Source of the DNA: Flavobacteriales bacterium
GTDB lineage: Bacteria; Bacteroidota; Bacteroidia; Flavobacteriales_F; PHOS-HE28
DNA: 64,000 nucleotides
Assembly: GCA_020635725.1 (NCBI GenBank)
Contig: JACJZF010000010.1
Coordinates: forward strand, 74,061 to 138,060
Direction: 5' to 3'
Every line of letters begins with the position of its first letter. The first letter of the stretch is position 1. Both the position numbers and the translations under genes were made by a program. The notes beneath the pieces are model-generated. The model saw only the letters and a list, made by a program, of their open reading frames with translations. It was not told the origin of the DNA and ran no database searches. Shown here piece after piece: positions 36,235 through 45,406 of this stretch.

Positions 36235-36942
36235 TCAGTTGAAGAACCGGCTGTTCCAGGCATCCCTGCTGAACTGCCCGAAGAAGGCGAACCAGCCGAA
36301 GAGCGTGAAGCCGCTGATGACCATGGTGGTCCAGAACAGTAGCAGACCGCGCTGGAACAAGCTCACCGTTCCGTCCGCCCCGGCCAGCCACGAAGCCGGC
36401 GCCGCGCTTGTGAGCACCAGTGCCGCCAGCAGCACCGTAACGGCCAGGTTCAAGGGTGCGCGCACCGGCCAATAACGCAACGCCCGCCAGGGAGAGAGGT
36501 CATTGCCCCAACGATCCACCAGATAGTACCGGTCATTTCCGATCGGCACGAAGAGCAACGGATCCACCTCGCTGTCGCACAGCCTGAAGCTCGCCGAGGG
36601 CGCCATGATCAGGTAACTGGTCACCGGTCCTTCGGCACGGCGTTCCAGATCCCGGATGGCGAGCAGGGCATGGCCCGGAACCTCGCCCTTGTACAAGCCC
36701 GCTTCGAGGAAGCGCAGCCGATGCTTGATGCAGAGGTCTTGAATGGTGCCCAGCCCGAATATCCGATCCGGATCGGTCATGCGCAGTTCAACAGGCACCT
36801 GCTTGCGCGAGGAGCGCACCACGGCCCGGAGAATGTCATCGCGTTTCTGCTCCTCTTCCAGCCAGCCACGCACCTGTTCCACCAGGCGGGCCTGCCCGAG
36901 CAGCACCTGTTCCAACCGTTCCCGTTCCGTATGCGCTGACAT
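36235..36942 (-). CDS. hypothetical protein with soluble N-terminal domain and two C-terminal TM helices
   Basis: 235 aa with TM segments LNLAVTVLLAALVLTSAAPASWL and LLLFWTTMVISGFTLFGWFAFFG. Last gene of the usp-DUF1883 minus-strand run. Confidence 0.6.
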   Translation of the reverse strand: MSAHTERERLEQVLLGQARLVEQVRGWLEEEQKRDDILRAVVRSSRKQVPVELRMTDPDRIFGLGTIQDLCIKHRLRFLEAGLYKGEVPGHALLAIRDLERRAEGPVTSYLIMAPSASFRLCDSEVDPLLFVPIGNDRYYLVDRWGNDLSPWRALRYWPVRAPLNLAVTVLLAALVLTSAAPASWLAGADGTVSLFQRGLLLFWTTMVISGFTLFGWFAFFGQFSRDAWNSRFFN

Positions 36943-36998
36943 GGATCCCTGCGTTTCGATGGGCTAACGCCAAGGTGGGGCCTTTCGTTCGCCGCTGG

Positions 36999-37373
36999 TC
37001 ACATTGCCTGCTCGGTGGCCTCGGGAAGAGCGCCAGCCTCGGCGGCTTCGGCCAACCGCACATGCTCTGGGGCATCGGTGGCTACCGAGGAGCGTACGGT
37101 GCTGTTCGGGGGCAGCACGCCGCATTGCGCGTTCACCTCGATGGGGTTCCGGAAGGTCCCCTTCTCCACCACCACGTTCCAGACCGCCTCGAAGGGCACC
37201 ACGAAGCGAACCGGGGATTCCTCGAAGAGACCGCCGTAGTAAGAGTGCGTCTTCCCGAGTTTGTAGTTCTTGAAGTCGCGCCCGGTCATGAACTTGACCT
37301 TCGTGGCCACATCGATGTGCACCTCGATGATCTCTTTCTTCTTGAGCTCGAAGGTCTTGTGCAGGAATTTCAT
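36999..37373 (-). CDS. DUF1883 domain protein
   Basis: MKFLHKTFELKKKEIIEVHIDVATKVKFMTGRDFKNYKLGKTHSYYGG…VVPFEAVWNVVVE follows the DUF1883 pattern as I recall it. Confidence 0.65.
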   Translation of the reverse strand: MKFLHKTFELKKKEIIEVHIDVATKVKFMTGRDFKNYKLGKTHSYYGGLFEESPVRFVVPFEAVWNVVVEKGTFRNPIEVNAQCGVLPPNSTVRSSVATDAPEHVRLAEAAEAGALPEATEQAM

Positions 37374-37416
37374 GGGTGTTCCGCGTTAGCTGGTCAAAGA
37401 TAACCGAACCGGCAGG

Positions 37417-38223
37417 TCAGAGTTTCACGCTGAGGACGGGGAAGGTCGTGTGATTGACGATATCCTCTGTGAGGCTGCCGTTCACCACATGGAAGAAGCC
37501 CTTGCGCCCGTGGGTGGCCATGGCGATCATGTCCGCATCGATGCCGCGGGCGAAGTTGAGGATGCCCTCTTCGATGCTGAGGTCGTTGTAGATGGTGGCG
37601 GTGAACTTGCGCAGCTCATGCCGTTGCAGGAAGGCGTCGATGGCGCGGTGGCTGTCCTCGCTGCGCTCGAAGCTTTTGGGCGTGTTCACTTTGAGCAGGT
37701 GCACCTTGGGGTCCCAGATGTCGATCACCGGCCTGAAGGCGTCGAACTTCTCGACATCCTGCGCGCTGAAATTCGAGGCGAAGACCAGGTCCTGCACGGC
37801 GATGTCCTCGATGTGATGCTTGATCACCAGCACGGGCATGGGCGCCGAGCGCACGATGCGTTGGGTGTTGGACCCCACGATGCCGCGCAGGCCGGTCGCG
37901 CCATGCGAGCCCATGACGATGAGGTCGGCCTGGGCGATGCGCTCGTTGCGGAACATCTCGGTGAGCGCCAGCTGCCGCAGCATGAATTTCTTGAGTTCCA
38001 CGCCTTCCAGGAAGGGCAGCGCGGGCAGCTGGTCCAGGCGGCCCTCGATATCGTCGCGCAGCTTGTGGTTCTCCGGGTGGAAGTCTGTCATCTGCTCGTA
38101 CACGTGCACCACATCGATGCAGGCACCGGCGGCCTTGGCGATGGAGGCCGCCACGCGCAGGGCATCGGTGGCGCAATCAGAGAAATCGTAAGGGACGACG
38201 ATGGATTGGATGCTCATGGGCAA
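37417..38223 (-). CDS. universal stress protein, tandem Usp domains
   Basis: 268 aa with two Usp units (IVVPYDFS… GSHGATGLRGIVGSNTQRIVRSAPMPVLVI; …ATHGRKGFFHVVNGSLTEDIVNHTTFPVLSV). Confidence 0.85.
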   Translation of the reverse strand: MPMSIQSIVVPYDFSDCATDALRVAASIAKAAGACIDVVHVYEQMTDFHPENHKLRDDIEGRLDQLPALPFLEGVELKKFMLRQLALTEMFRNERIAQADLIVMGSHGATGLRGIVGSNTQRIVRSAPMPVLVIKHHIEDIAVQDLVFASNFSAQDVEKFDAFRPVIDIWDPKVHLLKVNTPKSFERSEDSHRAIDAFLQRHELRKFTATIYNDLSIEEGILNFARGIDADMIAMATHGRKGFFHVVNGSLTEDIVNHTTFPVLSVKL

Positions 38224-38310
38224 TGGGCATTTCAGGTAGGCCGCTGAAAGTTAATCGAAGCTCCCGGGATGCGACCTAGGGCTTGTCAGGCCCGACCTAC
38301 ATTCGCGGCC

Positions 38311-38703
38311 ATGGCGCTCTCCCAGCCCTTCCGCTCCGCTGCCACAGGCAAGACCCCAGACCTGGCGCTCGACCCGGCCAAGGGCGAATTGACCGTGCGC
38401 GGCTGCTCGATCCCGGAGAATGCGGATAAGGCCTATGGCCCGTTGATGGACGCTCTGGAGCTGTACCTGGGGGCTCCCGCGGCGCGCACACGAGTGGTGG
38501 TGGAGCTGAGCTACTTCAACTCGAGTACGGCCAAGTACCTGCTCGACCTGTTCAAGCGGATCGATGATGCACATGGCGCCGGCATCACCCGGGCGGTGCT
38601 CGAATGGCACCACGCCGCTTCGGACCTGGATATGCTGGAAGTCGGACGCGACTACCAGAATCTGCTGGAATTCCCTGTGAAGCTGGTGGAATCTGGCCTC
38701 TGA
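38311..38703 (+). CDS. DUF1987 / SiaC-like regulatory protein (second copy)
   Basis: KTPDLALDPAKGELTVRGCSIPENADKAY…LSYFNSSTAKYLLDLF…LEWHHAASDLDMLE has the same layout as 34948..35340. Divergent from the tandem-Usp operon. Confidence 0.7.
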   Translation: MALSQPFRSAATGKTPDLALDPAKGELTVRGCSIPENADKAYGPLMDALELYLGAPAARTRVVVELSYFNSSTAKYLLDLFKRIDDAHGAGITRAVLEWHHAASDLDMLEVGRDYQNLLEFPVKLVESGL

Positions 38704-38704
38704 T

Positions 38705-39469
38705 TCAGCGCGCTGGGAACGCCTCGCTCCATTCCCGTTCGCTGATCGGCTGTTCATCACGGAAGTGCACGACTTGCCCCCACGGGTGCGCCACCCGGCG
38801 ATAGACCGTCTCCCGGCCCTCGTGTACCACCCGGCGCTCCAGCACCACCGCTCGGCCTTCGAGGAAGGAACGCTCGGTGACCCCCTCGGGAAGCGCTGGC
38901 TCTGACGCTCTCGGGCTTGGCACCTCCGGTTGAGCCACCGGCACCATCGCCGGCTTTCTGTGTGTTACGAGCTCTGAGGTCTTCACCGGCGCCGGGGCTG
39001 CTGGTGAAGCATCCACGGGTGCATTTGTCGGCGCCAGTTCCGGAGCCTCTTGCGCGCGCGCAGTCGTGGGCATGGTTTCGGTGAGCGCTATCGTGGAGTC
39101 CTTCTCGAGTGGCGCCTCTGGTTGGGGTGGCGGTTGGATCACGGCCCGTTCCTCGGCATCGCGCTTGGCGATCAGCGCCTGCAGATCCTGGATCTTCACC
39201 TTCGGGTACACGTTCAAAGGCCGCAGTCGCCGCGCTTCCTTGAATCGCTCCAACGATTCATCGTACAGGCGCTGCTGGAAGAGCTGTTCCGCGGTTGCCA
39301 TCACCTCTTGGAACGGACGGTCCTGCGCGGCTTCCTCCTGCTCCTTCCGGGCGACCCGTGCTCGCTCCTTGGCGCTGAGCTTGCCGAACTCATCGGTCAG
39401 GCTGGAATCGGCCTGTGCCCACAGGTTCGCGGACAGCAGCGAGAAGGCCAGGACCAGAGCGGCGCGCAT
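38705..39469 (-). CDS. secreted protein with helical N-terminal region, Pro-rich linker and the same C-terminal module as 32170..33363
   Basis: Signal peptide MRAALVLAFSLLSANLWAQ, Pro/Ala-rich middle, and C-terminal ETVYRRVAHPWGQVVHFRDEQ. Confidence 0.7.
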   Translation of the reverse strand: MRAALVLAFSLLSANLWAQADSSLTDEFGKLSAKERARVARKEQEEAAQDRPFQEVMATAEQLFQQRLYDESLERFKEARRLRPLNVYPKVKIQDLQALIAKRDAEERAVIQPPPQPEAPLEKDSTIALTETMPTTARAQEAPELAPTNAPVDASPAAPAPVKTSELVTHRKPAMVPVAQPEVPSPRASEPALPEGVTERSFLEGRAVVLERRVVHEGRETVYRRVAHPWGQVVHFRDEQPISEREWSEAFPAR

Positions 39470-39646
39470 TTGATTCGGCCACGAAACTACCCGGCCCATG
39501 ACGGCCCTATGAGGCGCGGGACGGGAGAATTCCGCAGCACCACGTTCATACGGGCCTCTGCTCCGGAACGTTCCACGGCACGCTGGCTACTTTCGCACCC
39601 TCGCACGAATCGAGCACCGGAACACGTTTCACGTAGAGCATCACCC

Positions 39647-40483
39647 ATGATCAAGCGAATCATCCCCCTCGTGCTTTGCGCGGCCCTGGCGGCCTGCCAA
39701 GGCGACCCGAAGGAAAGCACCGAATACCAGCAGCTGGCGGAGGACGCCGGCCGGACCAGCGCCCAAGTGAGCGAGCGCGACTCCACCATCAACATGCTCT
39801 TCGGCACCATGAACCGCATCAGCGAGAACCTGCGGACCATCCGAGCGAAGCAAGGGCAATTGGGCAGCACCGACCAGGGAGCCGAAGGGCCGGATATGGA
39901 GAAGCGCATCCTCGATGACCTGGCGAGCATCGATGGGCTGCTCACGGAGAACAAGGAGCTGATCGCCAAGCTGCGCAAGCAGGCCAAGGGCTCGGCCGCA
40001 TCGCTCAGCGAGTTGGAACGGACGGTTTCGGATATGGAATCGAGCATCGCCGAGAAGGATACCGAGATCGGCGTGCTGAAGGAACAGTTGGCGAGCACCA
40101 ACAGCTCGTTGGCCACGCTGATCGAGATGTACCGCGACAAATCGCAGCTCGCGGACATGCAGCGCAATGAGATGAACACCGCATGGTACGCCGTGGGCAC
40201 GCAGAAGGAGCTCCGGGCGGCCGGCGTGCTGGCCAAGGAGGGCGGCGTAGCGGGCATCGGCGCGGTGAACAAGCTCAACTCGAGCAATCTGCCCAAGGAT
40301 TACTTCACGCAGGTGGATGTGACCCGCACGCTCGAGATCCCCGTGGTGGCCAAGAAGGCCAAGCTCGCCACCAGCCACCCCGCTGGCAGCTATCGCTTGG
40401 AGGATGGGGCCCAGCAATTGGTGATCACGGACCCCAACGCGTTCTGGAGCATGAGCAAGTACCTGGTGGTGGTGGTGGAGTGA
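39647..40483 (+). CDS. coiled-coil lipoprotein, unknown function
   Basis: Lipobox LAAC after MIKRIIPLVLCAA, with long heptad-like helical segments. The longer track ORF (from 39050) is antisense to the neighbouring gene. Confidence 0.7.
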   Translation: MIKRIIPLVLCAALAACQGDPKESTEYQQLAEDAGRTSAQVSERDSTINMLFGTMNRISENLRTIRAKQGQLGSTDQGAEGPDMEKRILDDLASIDGLLTENKELIAKLRKQAKGSAASLSELERTVSDMESSIAEKDTEIGVLKEQLASTNSSLATLIEMYRDKSQLADMQRNEMNTAWYAVGTQKELRAAGVLAKEGGVAGIGAVNKLNSSNLPKDYFTQVDVTRTLEIPVVAKKAKLATSHPAGSYRLEDGAQQLVITDPNAFWSMSKYLVVVVE

Positions 40484-40556
40484 AGCACACGCATCGGCAA
40501 CCGGAAGGGCGGCTCTTGGGCCGCCCTTCTCGCAATGGACCGCCTGTGCGCTTGAG

Positions 40557-41426
40557 CTAGCTCCCCTTGGCCCCGCGCACCATGGCTTCGATGGCATCCC
40601 ACATGCCCGGCTCGATCTGCTCGAGCAGGTTGAACTGGCCGGCTCCTTTCAGCCATTCGCCGCCATCGATGGTGACGACCTCGCCGTTGATATACGCGCT
40701 GTACGGCGAGAGCAGGAAGGTGACCAGGTCGGCCAGCTCCTGGTGCTCGCCCAATCGACCCAGTGGAACGCGCTTCCGCATGTCGAACTGCTCCATCAGC
40801 TCGCCAGGCATCAACCGGCTCCAGGCGCCCTTGGTGGGGAAGGGTCCGGGCGCCACGGCGTTGCTGCGTATGCCGTACCGCCCCCATTCCGCCGCCAGGG
40901 AGCGCGTCATGGCGAGCACACCGGCCTTGGCGCATGCGCTGGGCACCACGTAACCGGAGCCTGTCCAGGCATAGGTGGTCACCACGTTCAGGATCACGCG
41001 GTCCCGTTCGCCCTGGGCGATCCAGTGCTTGCCGAACGCGAGGGTGCAGTTCACCGTGCCCATGAGCACGATGTCGATGATGGTCTGAAAGGCCTTGCTG
41101 CTCAACCGCTCCGTGGGGCTGATGAAGTTGCCCGCGGCATTGTTCACCAAGGCATCGACCCGGCCGAAACGCTCCAGCACGGCATCGCGCAGCCGGTCCA
41201 CCTGCTCCGCATCGCGCACATCGCACGGCATGGTGATCACCTCGCCCAACGCCGCCATCTCGCCCGCCGCGCGCTCGAGCGCTTCCGCTTTGCGGCTGGT
41301 GATGCACACGCGCGCGCCCAGGCGCAGGCATTGCTCGGCCATGGCACGGCCCAGACCTGTGCCACCGCCGGTGATCACCACGGCCATTCCCTTCATGGCA
41401 TCATCACGCAGCATCGGAGTTCGCAT
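40557..41426 (-). CDS. SDR family oxidoreductase (2,4-dienoyl-CoA reductase-like)
   Basis: VVITGGGTGLGRAM Rossmann motif, NNAAGNF, and catalytic S…Y-type region (ACAKAG). Start at M25 or M29 of the track ORF. Confidence 0.85.
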   Translation of the reverse strand: MRTPMLRDDAMKGMAVVITGGGTGLGRAMAEQCLRLGARVCITSRKAEALERAAGEMAALGEVITMPCDVRDAEQVDRLRDAVLERFGRVDALVNNAAGNFISPTERLSSKAFQTIIDIVLMGTVNCTLAFGKHWIAQGERDRVILNVVTTYAWTGSGYVVPSACAKAGVLAMTRSLAAEWGRYGIRSNAVAPGPFPTKGAWSRLMPGELMEQFDMRKRVPLGRLGEHQELADLVTFLLSPYSAYINGEVVTIDGGEWLKGAGQFNLLEQIEPGMWDAIEAMVRGAKGS

Positions 41427-41497
41427 CGCTCTGGTTTTCGGCCAAGATACCCGCGGCAGGGTCGAGTACCTTCGTGCGGCTATCGATCTCTGAGGCA

Positions 41498-41911
41498 ATG
41501 CGAACCGAGTACCCCGCCAAGGTGCTGCTGGCCTGGGGTGAGGCCATCAGCGGTCATACGGGGCTGCGCGATTGGCTGATCAAGAACGGCTACCCTGAGC
41601 TGGGCATCTTCACCTTCGCCCTGGTGAACAAGCCCGATGCGCGGAAGTGGCTCATGGAGAATGGGCATCCGCACCTGATGGCGCTGATCAACGGGATCGA
41701 GGGCAGCACGGAAGCCTTGGACTGGCTCGACCGGAATGGCATGCATGTGCTCCGGCAGGTGGCCCTCACGGGCGATGGCGAACGCGATGCGTTCAACTGG
41801 CTGCTGGAGAACGGGCATCGCGAGCTGGCCATGCTGGGCCATAAGATGCATGTGGTGAAACGCCAGATCGATGAGGATCACTCCGATCCGCACAAGTATC
41901 CCAGGGACTAA
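41498..41911 (+). CDS. hypothetical protein with four WL..NG(H/Y) repeats
   Basis: 137 aa. LRDWLIKNGYPELGIF, ARKWLMENGHPHLMAL, ALDWLDRNGMHVLRQV and AFNWLLENGHRELAML at ~27-aa spacing. Confidence 0.6.
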   Translation: MRTEYPAKVLLAWGEAISGHTGLRDWLIKNGYPELGIFTFALVNKPDARKWLMENGHPHLMALINGIEGSTEALDWLDRNGMHVLRQVALTGDGERDAFNWLLENGHRELAMLGHKMHVVKRQIDEDHSDPHKYPRD

Positions 41912-42534
41912 CCCCGTGCAGCGCGCCAGTGGCGTACGAGCGCGCGGATGAGCAGCAGATCGAAGAGCGCGTGCGCGATCATCGGAGCCAGCAGGCCGCA
42001 GCACCGGGCGTAATAGCCGAAGAGAAGCATGCAGCCCGTGAGGAACAGACCGTACAGGCTCAACGGACGATTCCGGGGATCGAGGTAGCCGTGCAGGGCC
42101 ACGAAGAGGATCGCGGTAGCTGGCACGCCCAACCAATGCTGCAAGGCCCCGCGGAAAAGCAGCTCCTCGCCTGCGCCTGCGGATAGCGCCACCAGCACCT
42201 GGCTCCATGGCGATGCCAGCAGCGGCCCTAACAGCTCGGCATAGCGGTCGCGGGTCGTGGCCAGAGCCTTCGATGCGATGATGCCTTGGGCGAGCCGAGC
42301 CATGAGGGCGCCGCCTCCGAGGCCCGTAGCCACCTGCAGCCATGGCGGTCCTTCGCCGAGAAGCACTTCCGCGAACGACCTCTCCTGAACCACGAGCACG
42401 AGCCAAGCACCGAGCCCACCCATGCCGAACAAGGTGGACAGCACAAGGAGCAGCACGACCTGGACACGATGACGACCGTTGCGCAGCACCCTGCAAAGAA
42501 CGAGGCCCTTCCTCGGAAAGGAAGGGCCTCGCAC
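41908..42534 (-). CDS. CPBP family intramembrane glutamic endopeptidase (CAAX protease-like)
   Basis: Multi-TM protein with EELLFRG, FVALHG and MIAHALFD motifs. Confidence 0.8.
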   Translation of the reverse strand: MRGPSFPRKGLVLCRVLRNGRHRVQVVLLLVLSTLFGMGGLGAWLVLVVQERSFAEVLLGEGPPWLQVATGLGGGALMARLAQGIIASKALATTRDRYAELLGPLLASPWSQVLVALSAGAGEELLFRGALQHWLGVPATAILFVALHGYLDPRNRPLSLYGLFLTGCMLLFGYYARCCGLLAPMIAHALFDLLLIRALVRHWRAARG

Positions 42535-42546
42535 GTGTAGGATGAC

Positions 42547-43551
42547 TTAGCGTACGACGAACCGATGGGTGCCGAGCAGGCGCCGGTCGGCCATCAGCCG
42601 AAGCGTGTACAGCCCGGTCTTCAGATCCTCGGTAGCCAGGGTAGCACGGTCTGAAGCGATACGCTGGCGCAGCACGACACGGCCAGAGGCATCGAGCACC
42701 TCCGCTTCATCCGCACCGGTGCCGGTGATGTGCAGCACCCCATCGGTGGGATTCGGATAGGCCACGAATTCCACCTGATCGGCGGAAAGCTCGCCAACGC
42801 CCACAATGAACGATTGGCCCTGCCATTGCGCGGTCTTCGCCACGGCCCAGGCCCCCGTGCCGATCTGCACCGAATCCTGCGTGAGCTGCAGCATCGGATA
42901 GGCCGAACTCTGCCCGTAGAAGTAGTAGATGTTGGAGATGCGCGTGACGTTCGCGAGCGCGGAATTGTCATTCACCTGACGGCGCACCTTCACGCGCAGC
43001 ACATCGGGGATCGTGGCCGTTTGAGGCAGATGCAGAACACCATAGGCATCACCAACGCCGGTAATGGAGCCCAAACGAGTCACCGGGATGATCCCGCTGA
43101 CGACGTAGCTGGCCGACATGTTATCTGACCAAGTGGTGCCGAAGGTGCACGGGAACTTGAGCTCAGTGAGCGGATCGGTGAAGCTGATGGTGCCCTCGAG
43201 CTGGGTCTTGGAGCCGACGTGGTAGAGTCCGTTCGCATCGGCGTTCCAGAAGAGGGTATCGGAGCCGCCATCGGTGTTGAGCAAGGTGGCCGATGGGATC
43301 ATCGCCGACGCGGGCGATGACGAGGCCGCCTGATAGTACCACGTACGATTGCCCGTATTGGGCAGCAGCATGTTCCAGTAATCCATCATCACATTCGCTC
43401 CCATTGGTCCGGCGCCGATGAAGGTGTCGGTGGTGAGCACCTGGAATTCCTGCCCAGCCAGCGGTACATGCGTGGCGGAATTCAGGGTGGGCTGGGCGAG
43501 GGCCGTGGCAGCCAGGAGAAAGGCCGAAGGGGCGGCGTAGCGAAGGAGCAT
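42547..43551 (-). CDS. T9SS C-terminal-domain secreted protein
   Basis: 334 aa from MLLRYAAPSAFLLAATALAQ. C-terminal VAYPNPTDGVLHITG…GLYTLRLMADRRLLGTHRFVVR. The upstream part of the 565-aa track ORF is antisense to the nitroreductase gene. Confidence 0.8.
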   Translation of the reverse strand: MLLRYAAPSAFLLAATALAQPTLNSATHVPLAGQEFQVLTTDTFIGAGPMGANVMMDYWNMLLPNTGNRTWYYQAASSSPASAMIPSATLLNTDGGSDTLFWNADANGLYHVGSKTQLEGTISFTDPLTELKFPCTFGTTWSDNMSASYVVSGIIPVTRLGSITGVGDAYGVLHLPQTATIPDVLRVKVRRQVNDNSALANVTRISNIYYFYGQSSAYPMLQLTQDSVQIGTGAWAVAKTAQWQGQSFIVGVGELSADQVEFVAYPNPTDGVLHITGTGADEAEVLDASGRVVLRQRIASDRATLATEDLKTGLYTLRLMADRRLLGTHRFVVR

Positions 43552-43629
43552 GAGTAGTGCAGGTTTATGCGGCGGAAGGTATGACGCGGGCTCGGGGCGG
43601 ATTGCTGCCTGATGCCTTCTCTTTGCACC

Positions 43630-44217
43630 ATGAAGTTCAGCGTAAGCGAGATCAGTGAGCTCATCCGGCACCGGCGCACCATCTACCCGAAGGATTACAC
43701 CGACCGAGCGGTGCACCGGGAAATCGTGGAGCGGGTGCTCACCAACGCCAGCTGGGCGCCCAACCATGGCATGACCCAGCCGTGGCGATTCCATGTCTAT
43801 ACCGGTCAGGCCCGGGAGCGGCTCTCGCAATTCCTGGGCGACACATACAAGGCCATGACCCCGGCCGATAAATTCCTGCCGAAGAAACACGAGACCATCA
43901 TGCAGCGGCCGCTCCAGAGCAGCGTGGTGATCGCCTTGGGCATGGTGCGCGACCCCAAAGGGAAGATCAGCGAGCGCGATGAGCTGATGGCCATGGCCTG
44001 CGCCGTGCAGAACATGCATTTGACTTGTGCCGCCTACGGCCTGGGAGCCTTCTGGGCCACCGGCGGCCCCATGACCGGCCATGCCATGCGCGACTTCCTC
44101 GGACTGGGCGAGCAAGACCTCGCACTCGGGCTGTTCTACATCGGATACCCGGCGGTCGAGTGGCCGAAAGGGTACCGCACGCCGCTGGACCAGATCGCCA
44201 CCTGGCACGACGCCTGA
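43630..44217 (+). CDS. nitroreductase family protein
   Basis: RRTIYPKDY…, APNHGMTQPWRF, and ACAVQNMHLTCAAYGLGAFW. Confidence 0.85.
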   Translation: MKFSVSEISELIRHRRTIYPKDYTDRAVHREIVERVLTNASWAPNHGMTQPWRFHVYTGQARERLSQFLGDTYKAMTPADKFLPKKHETIMQRPLQSSVVIALGMVRDPKGKISERDELMAMACAVQNMHLTCAAYGLGAFWATGGPMTGHAMRDFLGLGEQDLALGLFYIGYPAVEWPKGYRTPLDQIATWHDA

Positions 44218-44221
44218 CCGC

Positions 44222-44551
44222 ATGGACCTGCCGAATCTCACCAACTACGCGGAGCATCCGACCGAACCGGACTGGCTGGTTTTCCGCTTCCCGGTGGCCG
44301 CGCAGCGCGAGGAATTCGCCCAACTGCTGGCAGCCGAGGGCATCCGGCATGAGGTGGATACCGATGCCGGACCGCCCTATCTGATCGGTGTGCGGAGCCG
44401 TCATCGCGAACGCGCGGTGAGGCTGAACTATACCGTGCTCGGCAGGCACCGCCGCCCATTTCTCTCTGACCCCCTGTTCCGTTGGTCGGTGCTCGCAGCG
44501 GTGGGCGCGCTGCTCGTTCTGGCATTCATCGGCTGGTTGGCAGGTCGATGA
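44222..44551 (+). CDS. hypothetical protein with C-terminal TM anchor
   Basis: 109 aa, ATG 5 nt after the nitroreductase stop, with C-terminal helix WSVLAAVGALLVLAFIGWLAG. Confidence 0.5.
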   Translation: MDLPNLTNYAEHPTEPDWLVFRFPVAAQREEFAQLLAAEGIRHEVDTDAGPPYLIGVRSRHRERAVRLNYTVLGRHRRPFLSDPLFRWSVLAAVGALLVLAFIGWLAGR

Positions 44552-44631
44552 ACCGGCTTTTCCCTTGTCAGACTAGCCGTTGGCCGTTTCAAACGCTAAC
44601 CGTACACCCCCAGGAGACATCTTTGAGGACC

Positions 44632-45366
44632 ATGCGGAGGCTGCTGCTCCTTCTCTTCGTGCTGCTCACCTGCGGCGGTGCGCAGCTGCACGCCCAGGCC
44701 GGGGTCACCACCCTGGGCCTGATGGTGAAGCCCGTGCTGCCCTTCACCTATTTCGACAAGGACGCCACCGCGGAGATCGAGCACGTGAAGTACCAGATCG
44801 GTCTGGAGGGCGGTTTCTCCTTCGGGATGAACGTGAGGGTGGGCCTAACCAACACCATCTCGCTGGAGACCGGGCTGGGCCAGATCCAGCGGCGCTTCTC
44901 CTACCGCGTGACCAACGATACGAGCGGCTACGATGAGACCGCCCCCATCCGGTATGTGGGTTACGAGCTGCCCGTGATGGGTCTGGTGTTCATCCGCCTG
45001 GGCGAACTCACCTACATGAGCGCCGCGCTCGGTGGATCGCTCGATTTCTACCCAAGTGATGCCCAAGGCCTGATCGAAGAGGGTTCCATCTACATCTTCC
45101 GCCGCAACTGGGCGCAAGCGAGCGTGATCGGCAACATGGGTTTCGAGTTCCGCAGCCGAAAGAGCGGAATCTTCTACCTGGGCGCCACCTATCACCGTCC
45201 GTTCAATGATCTGGCCTTGGCCGACCTCTCCTACATCTACTACGGCCCCCCCGCCCGCACGGAACGTACCGAGCGTATGGCCCTGGCCGGGAGCTACCTC
45301 ACCGTGGATATCCGGTACTACTTCCACGAGGACCCCGACCGCAAGCGGCTCCGCCGGTCGAACTGA
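44632..45366 (+). CDS. outer-membrane beta-barrel protein (porin-like)
   Basis: Signal peptide MRRLLLLLFVLLTCGGAQLHAQ and alternating beta-strand pattern throughout. Confidence 0.6.
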   Translation: MRRLLLLLFVLLTCGGAQLHAQAGVTTLGLMVKPVLPFTYFDKDATAEIEHVKYQIGLEGGFSFGMNVRVGLTNTISLETGLGQIQRRFSYRVTNDTSGYDETAPIRYVGYELPVMGLVFIRLGELTYMSAALGGSLDFYPSDAQGLIEEGSIYIFRRNWAQASVIGNMGFEFRSRKSGIFYLGATYHRPFNDLALADLSYIYYGPPARTERTERMALAGSYLTVDIRYYFHEDPDRKRLRRSN

Positions 45367-45406
45367 GCCGGAAGGGCCGGGTATATTCGTCGCCCACCCG
45401 CCATAC

